Below are positions 39,401 through 53,793 of a stretch of 64,000 nucleotides of DNA, piece after piece. The stretch comes from Nageia nagi (lineage: Eukaryota > Plantae > Pinophyta): contig JBITNC010000001.1 of assembly GCA_050084985.1 (NCBI GenBank), positions 43,152,001-43,216,000 of the forward strand, written 5' to 3'. Every line of letters begins with the position of its first letter. The first letter of the stretch is position 1. The notes beneath the pieces were generated by a model, which was not told where the DNA came from, ran no database searches, and saw nothing but the letters and a program-made list of their open reading frames with translations. The position numbers and the translations under genes were made by a program.

Positions 39401-42400
39401 GGGCTTGTACAATGTTTGTAACCAACTAGTTTTTTATTTCCTCTTTGACTAATTTTATTTATCATTGTTCTTTGACTTTTTCACTATCTTCATAAAAATA
39501 GTTAAGAAAGAGAAGTCCTCTTTTGTTTAAGTGATTTGTTTAGAATTCTTTTTCTTTTATAAGGAAAGATTTTAAATTGAAAATCTGGTTTCCCTGTGTT
39601 GTTGGCTCCATACTTATTTTTCATTCGTGTCGTATCCATCTTTTGTCTCTTAAGATGTTGTACTTTTATTAAATGATTTCTTACTACAATAACTAGGAGT
39701 TGCCTTAGCTCTTCCTTGATATCAAGAGTTATACTCTAGAGTTCATAGCTTTGCATGGTAGAGCTTTTGCTTACTCATGGTTATGTGGAAGCCATGTCAA
39801 CAGTTTCTTATGCATACTATTCTGTTCTTGTCCTCAAAGCATATTATGACCAGGTGCAACCCTTGCTTACATGGAGATAGGAAATCCCAAAATAGAATAT
39901 TACGAATGAGTGGAAACGTATCACAAAAGCCTTACAGCTGTAATAACCGTTTGAGTATCCGTTGGAGCCTGAGCCTTACGAGGAATGATCAGACACGTGT
40001 CACAAAAGCCTTACAGGTGTAATAGCCGTTAGAGTATCCAAAAAAGAGTGCATTGGAGCTTGAGCCATTTGTTCTCCCTCTCGTTGCTTTAAAGGATAAT
40101 ACGGTAAAGCTTCAATATTGGAGGCTATTTTGTTTTTTGGGCTGATGGATTCAAGTTTTGAGTAGGTATGGGCGAGAGAAATAGAATTAAATCATAGTGA
40201 TGGGGTTCAAATCTGAATTGTAGATGTAGATGAAGAGAAGGAAAAGGGAGGTAGTATAATGGGGGAGAAGAGGAAGAGCTCATGTTGGAGTTCACTTCAT
40301 GTTAGCAGACTCTTGTTTCGACGGCCAACGGACACAATCCTGTTGATTATGGTTTAACCTCTTTGATAGAAGAGGAAGAGGAAGAGGTCAAGATAGAAAT
40401 TGTGAGCAGATATGATTTGATTTGAGTTCTTTGCGGTCTATTTATGTGTGGAGGGGTGCCTCTCAACAAGATGTCCATTGAAGAGTTTATGTCTCTCTTC
40501 CCCAACATCTCATTAATGCAGGTAATGTGGACTGCCATTTTTGGTAGGCTTGCTTTGTATACATGTGAGATGGTGTTTTGATTTCCTTCAGGTTTTTGCA
40601 GGGTTATGGGCTTACAGATGAATTGCTTGCGCATGGTGATTACGGATGAATTATTTGTGCACTCCTTTTCCAATTTGAAGGTGATGGTGCTCACCATTCT
40701 CCAGCCATGGCCTAGCCACCATTGCTACCAGGTATGCAATATCTTTCTCTTTTGGTTTATTTGTTTTGTCCTTGTTACTTGTCTTTGGCTTCCGTGTCAC
40801 TTGGTTTTGAGAGTTTTATTAGTGTTGGTTTTAGTAGTTGGTTTTTCCTTTGTCCTTCCTTGTTCATTAGATGTGATAGGAGACTTTACTTCACCGTTGC
40901 AATATGCTCGTAGCTATATGCATAATCCCATCTTAACTCACAGTGATTTGAATATTTGTGTAATATTTTTTTGGTATGAGAAAAATACTTTTGATATGTT
41001 TAAAGAAATTACGAAACATATCAAATGATTAAACAAAAAGAAGTATCATAGATTGCACAGAATTCATGCTTTAGCAGGAAATTTATAACCGTGCCTTACA
41101 AAGACTAAATACATGTGGTAATCAGTAGATATTATCGACACAACAAAGAGAGCAAAAAAAACTAGCTCAACATAGTAGATAATAACAATACCCCACCAAA
41201 TAAATGTGGTAATCAGTAGGGATTATCGAGACAACATAGTAGATAATAACAATATCCCACAACATTATGTAAGACTGGGCTGGTTTAGCAATAAGCTATA
41301 TGTAAAGAAGGAAAGATCCACTAGAAGATGCCAGAGAACCAATCGAATGAAAATAGAGGGACTATGGGCAAGTATACCAGTAAACAGTTGGAAACTTTCT
41401 TCATAAAGATGATTTTAATAATTAATATCACAATTTTCAAATTCACATATTTTTAAATTCAGTTGAAATTTGCAAACTGTTGTGCTGGTTAGGTTGTCCT
41501 GGAAGACTTGCATCACCATATTATCGAATTCTTTTTTACGTTTGTTTGTTTTTGCCTAACTAGTTTAGCTTTATCTTCTAGTTTCTAATGCTCTTGTTGG
41601 GCTTGTACAATGTTTGTAACCAACTAATTTTTTATTTCCTCTTTGACTAATTTTATTTATCATTGTTCTTTGACTTTTTCACTATCTTCATAAAAATAGT
41701 TAAGAAAAGAGGAAGTCCTCTTTTGTTTAAGTGATTTGTTTAGAATTCTTTTTCTTTTATAAGGAAAGATTTTAAATTGAAAATCTGGTTTCCCTGTGTT
41801 GTTGGCTCCATACTTATTTTTCATTCGTGTCGTATCCATCTTTTGTCTCTTAAGATGTTGTACTTTTATTAAATGATTTCTTACTACAATAACTAGGAGT
41901 TGCCTTAGCTCTTCCTTGATATCAAGAGTTATACTCTAGAGTTCATAGCTTTGCATGGTAGAGCTTTTGCTTACTCATGGTTATGTGGAAGCCATGTCAA
42001 CAGTTTCTTATGCATACTATTCTGTTCTTGTCCTCAAAGCATATTATGACCAGGTGCAACCCTTGCTTACATGGAGATAGGAAATCCCAAAATCGAATAT
42101 TACGAATGAGTGGAAACGTATCACAAAAGCCTTACAACTGTAATAACCGTTTGAGTATCCGTTGGAGCCTGAGCCTTACGAGGAATGATCAGACACGTGT
42201 CACAAAAGCCTTACAGGTGTAATAGCCGTTAGAGTATCCAAAAAAGAGTGCATTGGAGCTTGAGCCATTTGTTCTCCCTCTCGTTGCTTTAAAGGATAAT
42301 ACGGTAAAGCTTCAATATTGGAGGCTATTTTGTTTTTTGGGCTGATGGATTCAAGTTTTGAGTAGGTATGGGCGAGAGAAATAGAATTAAATCATAGTGA

Positions 42401-45400
42401 TGGGGTTCAAATCTGAATTGTAGATGTAGATGAAGAGAAGGAAAAGGGAGGTAGTATAATGGGGGAGAAGAGGAAGAGCTCATGTTGGAGTTCACTTCAT
42501 GTTAGCAGACTCTTGTTTCGACGGCCAACGGACACAATCCTGTTGATTATGGTTTAACCTCTTTGATAGAAGAGGAAGAGGAAGAGGTCAAGATAGAAAT
42601 TGTGAGCAGATATGATTTGATTTGAGTTCTTTGCGGTCTATTTATGTGTGGAGGGGTGCCTCTCAACAAGATGTCCATTGAAGAGTTTATGTCTCTCTTC
42701 CCCAACATCTCATTAATGCAGGTAATGTGGATTACCATTTTTGGTAGGCTTGCTTTGTATACATGTGAGATGGTGTTTTGATTTCCTTCAGGTTTTTGCA
42801 GGGTTATGGGCTGACAGATGAATTGCTTGCGCATGGTGATTACGGATGAATTATTTGTGCACTCCTTTTCCAATTTGAAGGTGATGGTGCTCACCATTCT
42901 CCAGCCATGGCCTAGCCACCATTGCTACCAGGTATGCAATATCTTTCTCTTTTTGTTTATTTGTTTTGTCCTTGTTACTTGTCTCTGGCTTCCGTGTCAC
43001 TTGGTTTTGAGAGTTTTATTAGTGTTGGTTTTAGTAGTTGGTTTTTCCTTTGTCCTTCCTTGTTCATTAGATGTGATAGGAGACTTTACTTCACCGTTGC
43101 AATATGCTCGTAGCTATATGCATAATCCCATCTTAACTCACAGTGATTTGAATATTTGTGTAATATTTTTTTGGTATGAGAAAAATACTTTTGATATGTT
43201 TAAAGAAATTAGGAAACATATCAAATGATTAAACAAAAAGAAGTATCATAGATTGCACAGAATTCATGCTTTAGCAGGAAATTTATAACCGTGCCTTACA
43301 AAGACTAAATACATGTGGTAATCAGTAGATATTATCGACACACCAAAGAGAGCATAAAAAACTAGCTCAACATAGTAGATAATAACAATACCCCACCAAA
43401 TAAATGTGGTAATCAGTAGGGATTATCGAGACAACATAGTAGATAATAACAATATCCCACAACATTATGTAAGACTGGGCTGGTTTAGCAATAAGCTATA
43501 TGTAAAGAAGGAAAGATCCACTAGAAGATGCCAGAGAACCAATCGAATGAAAATAGAGGGACTATGGGCAAGTATACCAGTAAACAGTTGGAAACTTTCT
43601 TCATAAAGATGATTTTAATAATTAATATCACAATTTTCAAATTCACATATTTTTAAATTCAGTTGAAATTTACAAACTGTTGTGCTGGTTAGGTTGTCCT
43701 GGAAGACTTGCATCACCATATTATCGAATTCTTTTTTACGTTTGTTTGTTTTTGCCTAACTAGTTTAGCTTTATCTTCTAGTTTCTAATGCTCTTGTTGG
43801 GCTTGTACAATGTTTGTAACCAACTAATTTTTTATTTCCTCTTTGACTAATTTTATTTATCATTGTTCTTTGACTTTTTCACTATCTTCATAAAAATAGT
43901 TAAGAAAAGAGGAAGTCCTCTTTTGTTTAAGTGATTTGTTTAGAATTCTTTTCTTTTATAAGGAAAGATTTTAAATTGAAAATCTGGTTTCCCTGTGTTG
44001 TTGGCTCCATACTTATTTTTCATTCGTGTCGTATCCATCTTTTGTCTCTTAAGATGTTGTACTTTTATTAAATGATTTCTTACTACAATAACTAGGAGTT
44101 GCCTTAGCTCTTCCTTGATATCAAGAGTTATACTCTAGAGTTCATAGCTTTGCATGGTAGAGCTTTTGCTTACTCATGGTTATGTGGAAGCCATGTCAAC
44201 AGTTTCTTATGCATACTATTCTGTTCTTGTCCTCAAAGCATATTATGACCAGGTGCAACCCTTGCTTACATGGAGATAGGAAATCCCAAAATCGAATATT
44301 ACGAATGAGTGGAAACGTATCACAAAAGCCTTACAGCTGTAATAACCGTTTGAGTATCCGTTGGAGCCTGAGCCTTACGAGGAATGATCAGACACGTGTC
44401 ACAAAAGCCTTACAGGTGTAATAGCTGTTAGAGTATCCAAAAAAGAGTGCATTGGAGCTTGAGCCATTTGTTCTCCCTCTCGTTGCTTTAAAGGATAATA
44501 CGGTAAAGCTTCAATATTGGAGGCTATTTTGTTTTTTGGGCTGATGGATTCAAGTTTTGAGTAGGTATGGGCGAGAGAAATAGAATTAAATCATAGTGAT
44601 GGGGTTCAAATCTGAATTGTAGATGTAGATGAAGAGAAGGAAAAGGGAGGTAGTATAATGGGGGAGAAGAGGAAGAGCTCATGTTGGAGTTCACTTCATG
44701 TTAGCAGACTCTTGTTTCGACGGCCAACGGACACAATCCTGTTGATTATGGTTTAACCTCTTTGATAGAAGAGGAAGAGGAAGAGGTCAAGATAGAAATT
44801 GTGAGCAGATATGATTTGATTTGAGTTCTTTGCGGTCTATTTATGTGTGGAGGGGTGCCTCTCAACAAGATGTCCATTGAAGAGTTTATGTCTCTCTTCC
44901 CCAACATCTCATTAATGCAGGTAATGTGGATTACCATTTTTGGTAGGCTTGCTTTGTATACATGTGAGATGGTGTTTTGATTTCCTTCAGGTTTTTGCAG
45001 GGTTATGGGCTGACAGATGAATTGCTTGCGCATGGTGATTACGGATGAATTATTTGTGCACTCCTTTTCCAATTTGAAGGTGATGGTGCTCACCATTCTC
45101 CAGCCATGGCCTAGCCACCATTGCTACCAGGTATGCAATATCTTTCTCTTTTTGTTTATTTGTTTTGTCCTTGTTACTTGTCTCTGGCTTCCGTGTCACT
45201 TGGTTTTGAGAGTTTTATTAGTGTTGGTTTTAGTAGTTGGTTTTTCCTTTGTCCTTCCTTGTTCATTAGATGTGATAGGAGACTTTACTTCACCGTTGCA
45301 ATATGCTCGTAGCTATATGCATAATCCCATCTTAACTCACAGTGATTTGAATATTTGTGTAATATTTTTTTGGTATGAGAAAAATACTTTTGATATGTTT

Positions 45401-48400
45401 AAAGAAATTAGGAAACATATCAAATGATTAAACAAAAAGAAGTATCATAGATTGCACAGAATTCATGCTTTAGCAGGAAATTTATAACCGTGCCTTACAA
45501 AGACTAAATACATGTGGTAATCAGTAGATATTATCGACACACCAAAGAGAGCATAAAAAACTAGCTCAACATAGTAGATAATAACAATACCCCACCAAAT
45601 AAATGTGGTAATCAGTAGGGATTATCGAGACAACATAGTAGATAATAACAATATCCCACAACATTATGTAAGACTGGGCTGGTTTAGCAATAAGCTATAT
45701 GTAAAGAAGGAAAGATCCACTAGAAGATGCCAGAGAACCAATCGAATGAAAATAGAGGGACTATGGGCAAGTATACCAGTAAACAGTTGGAAACTTTCTT
45801 CATAAAGATGATTTTAATAATTAATATCACAATTTTCAAATTCACATATTTTTAAATTCAGTTGCAAACTGTTGTGCTGGTTAGGTTGTCCTGGAAGACT
45901 TGCATCACCATATTATCGAATTCTTTTTTACGTTTGTTTGTTTTTGCCTAACTAGTTTAGCTTTATCTTCTAGTTTCTAATGCTCTTGTTGGGCTTGTAC
46001 AATGTTTGTAACCAACTAATTTTTTATTTCCTCTTTGACTAATTTTATTTATCATTGTTCTTTGACTTTTTCACTATCTTCATAAAAATAGTTAAGAAAA
46101 GAGGAAGTCCTCTTTTGTTTAAGTGATTTGTTTAGAATTCTTTTCTTTTATAAGGAAAGATTTTAAATTGAAAATCTGGTTTCCCTGTGTTGTTGGCTCC
46201 ATACTTATTTTTCATTCGTGTCGTATCCATCTTTTGTCTCTTAAGATGTTGTACTTTTATTAAATGATTTCTTACTACAATAACTAGGAGTTGCCTTAGC
46301 TCTTCCTTGATATCAAGAGTTATACTCTAGAGTTCATAGCTTTGCATGGTAGAGCTTTTGCTTACTCATGGTTATGTGGAAGCCATGTCAACAGTTTCTT
46401 ATGCATACTATTCTGTTCTTGTCCTCAAAGCATATTATGACCAGGTGCAACCCTTGCTTACATGGAGATAGGAAATCCCAAAATCGAATATTACGAATGA
46501 GTGGAAACGTATCACAAAAGCCTTACAGCTGTAATAACCGTTTGAGTATCCGTTGGAGCCTGAGCCTTACGAGGAATGATCAGACACATGTCACAAAAGC
46601 CTTACAGGTGTAATAGCCGTTAGAGTATCCAAAAAAGAGTGCATTGGAGCTTGAGCCATTTGTTCTCCCTCTCGTTGCTTTAAAGGATAATACGGTAAAG
46701 CTTCAATATTGGAGGCTATTTTGTTTTTTGGGCTGATGGATTCAAGTTTTGAGTAGGTATGGGCGAGAGAAATAGAATTAAATCATAGTGATGGGGTTCA
46801 AATCTGAATTGTAGATGTAGATGAAGAGAAGGAAAAGGGAGGTAGTATAATGGGGGAGAAGAGGAAGAGCTCATGTTGGAGTTCACTTCATGTTAGCAGA
46901 CTCTTGTTTCGATGGCCAACGGACACAATCCTGTTGATTATGGTTTAACCTCTTTGATAGAAGAGGAAGAGGAAGAGGTCAAGATAGAAATTGTGAGCAG
47001 ATATGATTTGATTTGAGTTCTTTGCGGTCTATTTATGTGTGGAGGGGTGCCTCTCAACAAGATGTCCATTGAAGAGTTTATGTCTCTCTTCCCCAACATC
47101 TCATTAATGCAGGTAATGTGGACTGCCATTTTTGGTAGGCTTGCTTTGTATACATGTGAGATGGTGTTTTGATTTCCTTCAGGTTTTTGCAGGGTTATGG
47201 GCTTACAGATGAATTGCTTGCGCATGGTGATTACGGATGAATTATTTGTGCACTCCTTTTCCAATTTGAAGGTGATGGTGCTCACCATTCTCCAGCCATG
47301 GCCTAGCCACCATTGCTACCAGGTATGCAATATCTTTCTCTTTTGGTTTATTTGTTTTGTCCTTGTTACTTGTCTTTGGCTTCCGTGTCACTTGGTTTTG
47401 AGAGTTTTATTAGTGTTGGTTTTAGTAGTTGGTTTTTCCTTTGTCCTTCCTTGTTCATTAGATGTGATAGGAGACTTTACTTCACCGTTGCAATATGCTC
47501 GTAGCTATATGCATAATCCCATCTTAACTCACAGTGATTTGAATATTTGTGTAATATTTTTTTGGTATGAGAAAAATACTTTTGATATGTTTAAAGAAAT
47601 TACGAAACATATCAAATGATTAAACAAAAAGAAGTATCATAGATTGCACAGAATTCATGCTTTAGCAGGAAATTTATAACCGTGCCTTACAAAGACTAAA
47701 TACATGTGGTAATCAGTAGATATTATCGACACACCAAAGAGAGCAAAAAAAACTAGCTCAACATAGTAGATAATAACAATACCCCACCAAATAAATGTGG
47801 TAATCAGTAGGGATTATCGAGACAACATAGTAGATAATAACAATATCCCACAACATTATGTAAGACTGGGCTGGTTTAGCAATAAGCTATATGTAAAGAA
47901 GGAAAGATCCACTAGAAGATGCCAGAGAACCAATCGAATGAAAATAGAGGGACTATGGGCAAGTATACCAGTAAACAGTTGGAAACTTTCTTCATAAAGA
48001 TGATTTTAATAATTAATATCACAATTTTCAAATTCACATATTTTTAAATTCAGTTGAAATTTGCAAACTGTTGTGCTAGTTAGGTTGTCCTGGAAGACTT
48101 GCATCACCATATTATCGAATTCTTTTTTACGTTTGTTTGTTTTTGCCTAACTAGTTTAGCTTTATCTTCTAGTTTCTAATGCTCTTGTTGGGCTTGTACA
48201 ATGTTTGTAACCAACTAATTTTTTTTCCTCTTTGACTAATTTTATTTATCATTGTTCTTTGACTTTTTCACTATCTTCATAAAAATAGTTAAGAAAAGAG
48301 GAAGTCCTCTTTTGTTTAAGTGATTTGTTTAGAATTCTTTTTCTTTTATAAGGAAAGATTTTAAATTGAAAATCTGGTTTCCCTGTGTTGTTGGCTCCAT

Positions 48401-51400
48401 ACTTATTTTTCATTCGTGTCGTATCCATCTTTTGTCTCTTAAGATGTTGTACTTTTATTAAATGATTTCTTACTACAATAACTAGGAGTTGCCTTAGCTC
48501 TTCCTTGATATCAAGAGTTATACTCTAGAGTTCATAGCTTTGCATGGTAGAGCTTTTGCTTACTCATGGTTATGTGGAAGCCATGTCAACAGTTTCTTAT
48601 CCATACTATTCTGTTCTTGTCCTCAAAGCATATTATGACCAGGTGCAACCCTTGCTTACATGGAGATAGGAAATCCCAAAATCGAATATTACGAATGAGT
48701 GGAAACGTATCACAAAAGCCTTACAGCTGTAATAACCGTTTGAGTATCCGTTGGAGCCTGAGCCTTACGAGGAATGATTAGACACGTGTCACAAAAGCCT
48801 TACAGGTGTAATAGCCGTTAGAGTATCCAAAAAAGAGTGCATTGGAGCTTGAGCCATTTGTTCTCCCTCTCGTTGCTTTAAAGGATAATACGATAAAGCT
48901 TCAATATTGGAGGCTATTTTGTTTTTGGGCTGATGGATTCATGTTTTGAGTAGGTATGGGTGAGAGAAATAGAATTAAATCATAGTGATGGGGTTCAAAT
49001 CTGAATTGTAGATGTAGATGAAGAGAAGGAAAAGGGAGGTAGTATAATGGGGGAGAAGAGGAAGAGCTCATGTTGGAGTTCACTTCATGTTAGCAGACTC
49101 TTGTTTCGACGGCCAACGGACACAATCCTGTTGATTATGGTTTAACCTCTTTGATAGAAGAGGAAGAGGAAGAGGTCAAGATAGAAATTGTGAGCAGATA
49201 TGATTTGATTTGAGTTCTTTGCGGTCTATTTATGTGTGGAGGGGTGCCTCTCAACAAGATGTCCATTGAAGAGTTTATGTCTCTCTTCCCCAACATCTCA
49301 TTAATGCAGGTAATGTGGACTGCCATTTTTGGTAGGCTTGCTTTGTATACATGTGAGATGGTGTTTTGATTTCCTTCAAGTTTTTGCAGGGTTATGGGCT
49401 GACAGATGAATTGCTTGCGCATGGTGATTACGGATGAATTATTTGTCCACTCCTTTTCCAATTTGAAGGTGATGGTGCTCACCATTCTCCAGCCATGGCC
49501 TAGCCACCATTGCTACCAGGTATGCAATATCTTTCTCTTTTTGTTTATTTGTTTTGTCCTTGTTACTTGTCTCTGGCTTCCGTGTCACTTGGTTTTGAGA
49601 GTTTTATTAGTGTTGGTTTTAGTAGTTGGTTTTTCCTTTGTCCTTCCTTGTTCATTAGATGTGATAGGAGACTTTACTTCACCGTTGCAATATGCTCGTA
49701 GCTATATGCATAATCCCATCTTAACTCACAGTGATTTGAATATTTGTGTAATATTTTTTTGGTATGAGAAAAATACTTTTGATATGTTTAAAGAAATTAC
49801 GAAACATATCAAATGATTAAACAAAAAGAAGTATCATAGATTGCACAGAATTCATGCTTTAGCAGGAAATTTATAACCGTGCCTTACAAAGACTAAATAC
49901 ATGTGGTAATCAGTAGATATTATCGACACACCAAAGAGAGCAAAAAAAACTAGCTCAACATAGTAGATAATAACAATACCCCACCAAATAAATGTGGTAA
50001 TCAGTAGGGATTATCGAGACAACATAGTAGATAATAACAATATCCCACAACATTATGGAAGACTGGGCTGGTTTAGCAATAAGCTATATGTAAAGAAGGA
50101 AAGATCCACTAGAAGATGCCAGAGAACCAATCGAATGAAAATAGAGGGACTATGGGCAAGTATACCAGTAAACAGTTGGAAAATTTCTTCATAAAGATGA
50201 TTTTAATAATTAATATCACAATTTTCAAATTCACATATTTTTAAATTCAGTTGAAATTTGCAAACTGTTGTGCTAGTTAGGTTGTCCTGGAAGACTTGCA
50301 TCACCATATTATCGAATTCTTTTTTACGTTTGTTTGTTTTTGCCTAACTAGTTTAGCTTTATCTTCTAGTTTCTAATGATCTTGTTGGGCTTGTACAATG
50401 TTTGTAACCAACTAATTTTTTATTTCCTCTTTGACTAATTTTATTTATCATTGTTCTTTGACTTTTTCACTATCTTCATAAAAATAGTTAAGAAAAGAGG
50501 AAGTCCTCTTTTGTTTAAGTGATTTGTTTAGAATTCTTTTTCTTTTATAAGGAAAGATTTTAAATTGAAAATCTGGTTTCCCTGTGTTGTTGGCTCCATA
50601 CTTATTTTTCATTCGTGTCGTATCCATCTTTTGTCTCTTAAGATGTTGTACTTTTATTAAATGATTTCTTACTACAATAACTAGGAGTTGCCTTAGCTCT
50701 TCCTTGATATCAAGAGTTATACTCTAGAGTTCATAGCTTTGCATGGTAGAGCTTTTGCTTACTCATGGTTATGTGGAAGCCATGTCAACAGTTTCTTATG
50801 CATACTATTCTGTTCTTGTCCTCAAAGCATATTATGACCAGGTGCAACCCTTGCTTACATGGAGATAGGAAATCCCAAAATCAAATATTACGAATGAGTG
50901 GAAACGTATCACAAAAGCCTTACAGCTGTAATAACCGTTTGAGTATCTGTTGGAGCCTGAGCCTTACGAGGAATGATCAGACACGTGTCACAAAAGCCTT
51001 ACAGGTGTAATAGCCGTTAGAGTATCCAAAAAAGAGTGCATTGGAGCTTGAGCCATTTGTTCTCCCTCTCGTTGCTTTAAAGGATAATACGGTAAAGCTT
51101 CAATATTGGAGGCTATTTTGTTTTTTGGGCTGATGGATTCAAGTTTTGAGTAGCTATGGGCGAGAGAAATAGAATTAAATCATAGTGATGGGGTTCAAAT
51201 CTGAATTGTAGATGTAGATGAAGAGAAGGAAAAGGGAGGTAGTATAATGGGGGAGAAGAGGAAGAGCTCATGTTGGAGTTCACTTCATGTTAGCAGACTC
51301 TTGTTTCGACGGCCAACGGACACAATCCTGTTGATTATGGTTTAACCTCTTTGATAGAAGAGGAAGAGGAAGAGGTCAAGATAGAAATTGTGAGCAGATA

Positions 51401-53320
51401 TGATTTGATTTGAGTTCTTTGCGGTCTATTTATGTGTGGAGGGGTGCCTCTCAACAAGATGTCCATTGAAGAGTTTATGTCTCTCTTCCCCAACATCTCA
51501 TTAATACAGGTAATGTGGACTGCCATTTTTGGTAGGCTTGCTTTGTATACATGTGAGATGGTGTTTTGATTTCCTTCAGGTTTTTGCAGGGTTATGGGCT
51601 TACAGATGAATTGCTTGCGCATGGTGATTACGGATGAATTATTTGTGCACTCCTTTTCCAATTTGAAGGTGATGGTGCTCACCATTCTCCAGCCATGGCC
51701 TAGCCACCATTGCTACCAGGTATGCAATATCTTTCTCTTTTTGTTTATTTGTTTTGTCCTTGTTACTTGTCTCTGGCTTCCGTGTCACTTGGTTTTGAGA
51801 GTTTTATTAGTGTTGGTTTTAGCAGTTGGTTTTTCCTTTGTCCTTCCTTGTTCATTAGATGTGATAGGAGACTTTACTTCACCGTTGCAATATGCTCGTA
51901 GCTGTATGCATAATCCCATCTTAACTCACAGTGATTTGAATATTTGTGTAATATTTTTTTGGTATGAGAAAAATACTTTTGATATGTTTAAAGAAATTAT
52001 GAAACATATCAAATGATTAAACAAAAAGAAGTATCATAGATTGCACAGAATTCATGCTTTAGCAGGAAATTTATAACCATGCCTTACAAAGACTAAATAC
52101 ATGTGGTAATCAGTAGATATTATCGACACACAAAGAGAGCAAAAAAAACTAGCTCAACATAGTAGATAATAACAATACCCCACCAAATAAATGTGGTAAT
52201 CAGTAGGGATTATCGAGACAACATAGTAGATAATAACAATATCCCACAACATTATGTAAGACTGGGCTGGTTTAGCAATAACCTATATGTAAAGAAGGAA
52301 AGATCCACTAGAAGATGCCAGAGAACCAATCGAATGAAAATAGAGGGACTATGGGCAAGTATACCAGTAAACAGTTGGAAACTTTCTTCATAAAGATGAT
52401 TTTAATAATTAATATCACAATTTTCAAATTCACATATTTTTAAATTTAGTTGAAATTTGCAAACTGTTGTGCTGGTTAGGTTGTCCTGGAAGACTTGCAT
52501 CACCATATTATCGAATTCGTTTTTACGTTTGTTTGTTTTTGCCTAACTAGTTTAGCTTTATCTTCTAGTTTCTAATGCTCTTGTTGGGCTTGTACAATGT
52601 TTGTAACCAACTAATTTTTTATTTCCTCTTTGACTAATTTTATTTATCATTGTTCTTTGACTTTTTCACCATCTTCATAAAAATAGTTAAGAAAAGAGGA
52701 AGTCCTCTTTTGTTTAAGTGATTTGTTTAGAATTCTTTTTCTTTTATAAGGAAAGATTTTAAATTGAAAATCTGGTTTCCCTGTGTTGTTGGCTCCATAC
52801 TTATTTTTCATTTGTGTCATATCCATCTTTTGTCTCTTAAGATGTTGTACTTTTATTAAATGATTTTTTACTACAATAACTAGGAGTTGCCTTAGCTCTT
52901 CCTTGATATCAAGAGTTATACTCTAGAGTTCATAGCTTTGCATGGTAGAGCTTTTGCTTACTCATGGTTATGTGGAAGCCATGTCAACAGTTTCTTATGC
53001 ATACTATTCTGTTCTTTTCCTCAAAGCATATTATGACCAGGTACCACCCTTGCTTACATGGAGATAGGAAATCCCAAAATCGAATATTACGAATGAGTGG
53101 AAACGTATCACAAAAGCCTTACAGCTGTAATAACCGTTTGAGTATCCGTTGGAGCCTGAGCCTTACGAGGAATGATCAGACACGTGTCACAAAAGCCTTA
53201 CAGGTGTAATAGCCGTTAGAGTATCCAAAAAAGAGTGCATTGGAGCTTGAGCCATTTGTTCTCCCTCTCGTTGCTTTAAAGGATAATACGGTAAAGCTTC
53301 AATATTGGAGGCTATTTTGT

Positions 53321-53793
53321 TTTTTGGGCTGATGGATTCAAGTTTTGAGTAGCTATGGGCGAGAGAAATAGAATTAAATCATAGTGATGGGGTTCAAATC
53401 TGAATTGTAGATGTAGATGAAGAGAAGGAAAAGGGAGGTAGTATAATGGGGGAGAAGAGGAAGAGCTCATGTTGGAGTTCACTTCATGTTAGCAGACTCT
53501 TGTTTCGACGGCCAACGGACACAATCCTGTTGATTATGGTTTAACCTCTTTGATAGAATTTTTGGGCTGATGGATTCAAGTTTTGAGTAGCTATGGGAGA
53601 GAAATAGAATTAAATCATAGTGATGGGGTTCAATCTGAATTGTAGATGTAGATGAAGAGAAGGAAAAGGGAGGTAGTATAATGGGGGAGAAGAGGAAGAG
53701 CTCATGTTGGAGTTCACTTCATGTTAGCAGACTCTTGTTTCGACGGCCAACGGACACAATCCTGTTGATTATGGTTTAACCTCTTTGATAGAA
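53321..53793 (+). repeat. ~238-bp internal tandem duplication in the last unit
   Basis: 53321-53558 repeated from 53559 with small deletions. Confidence 0.85.
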
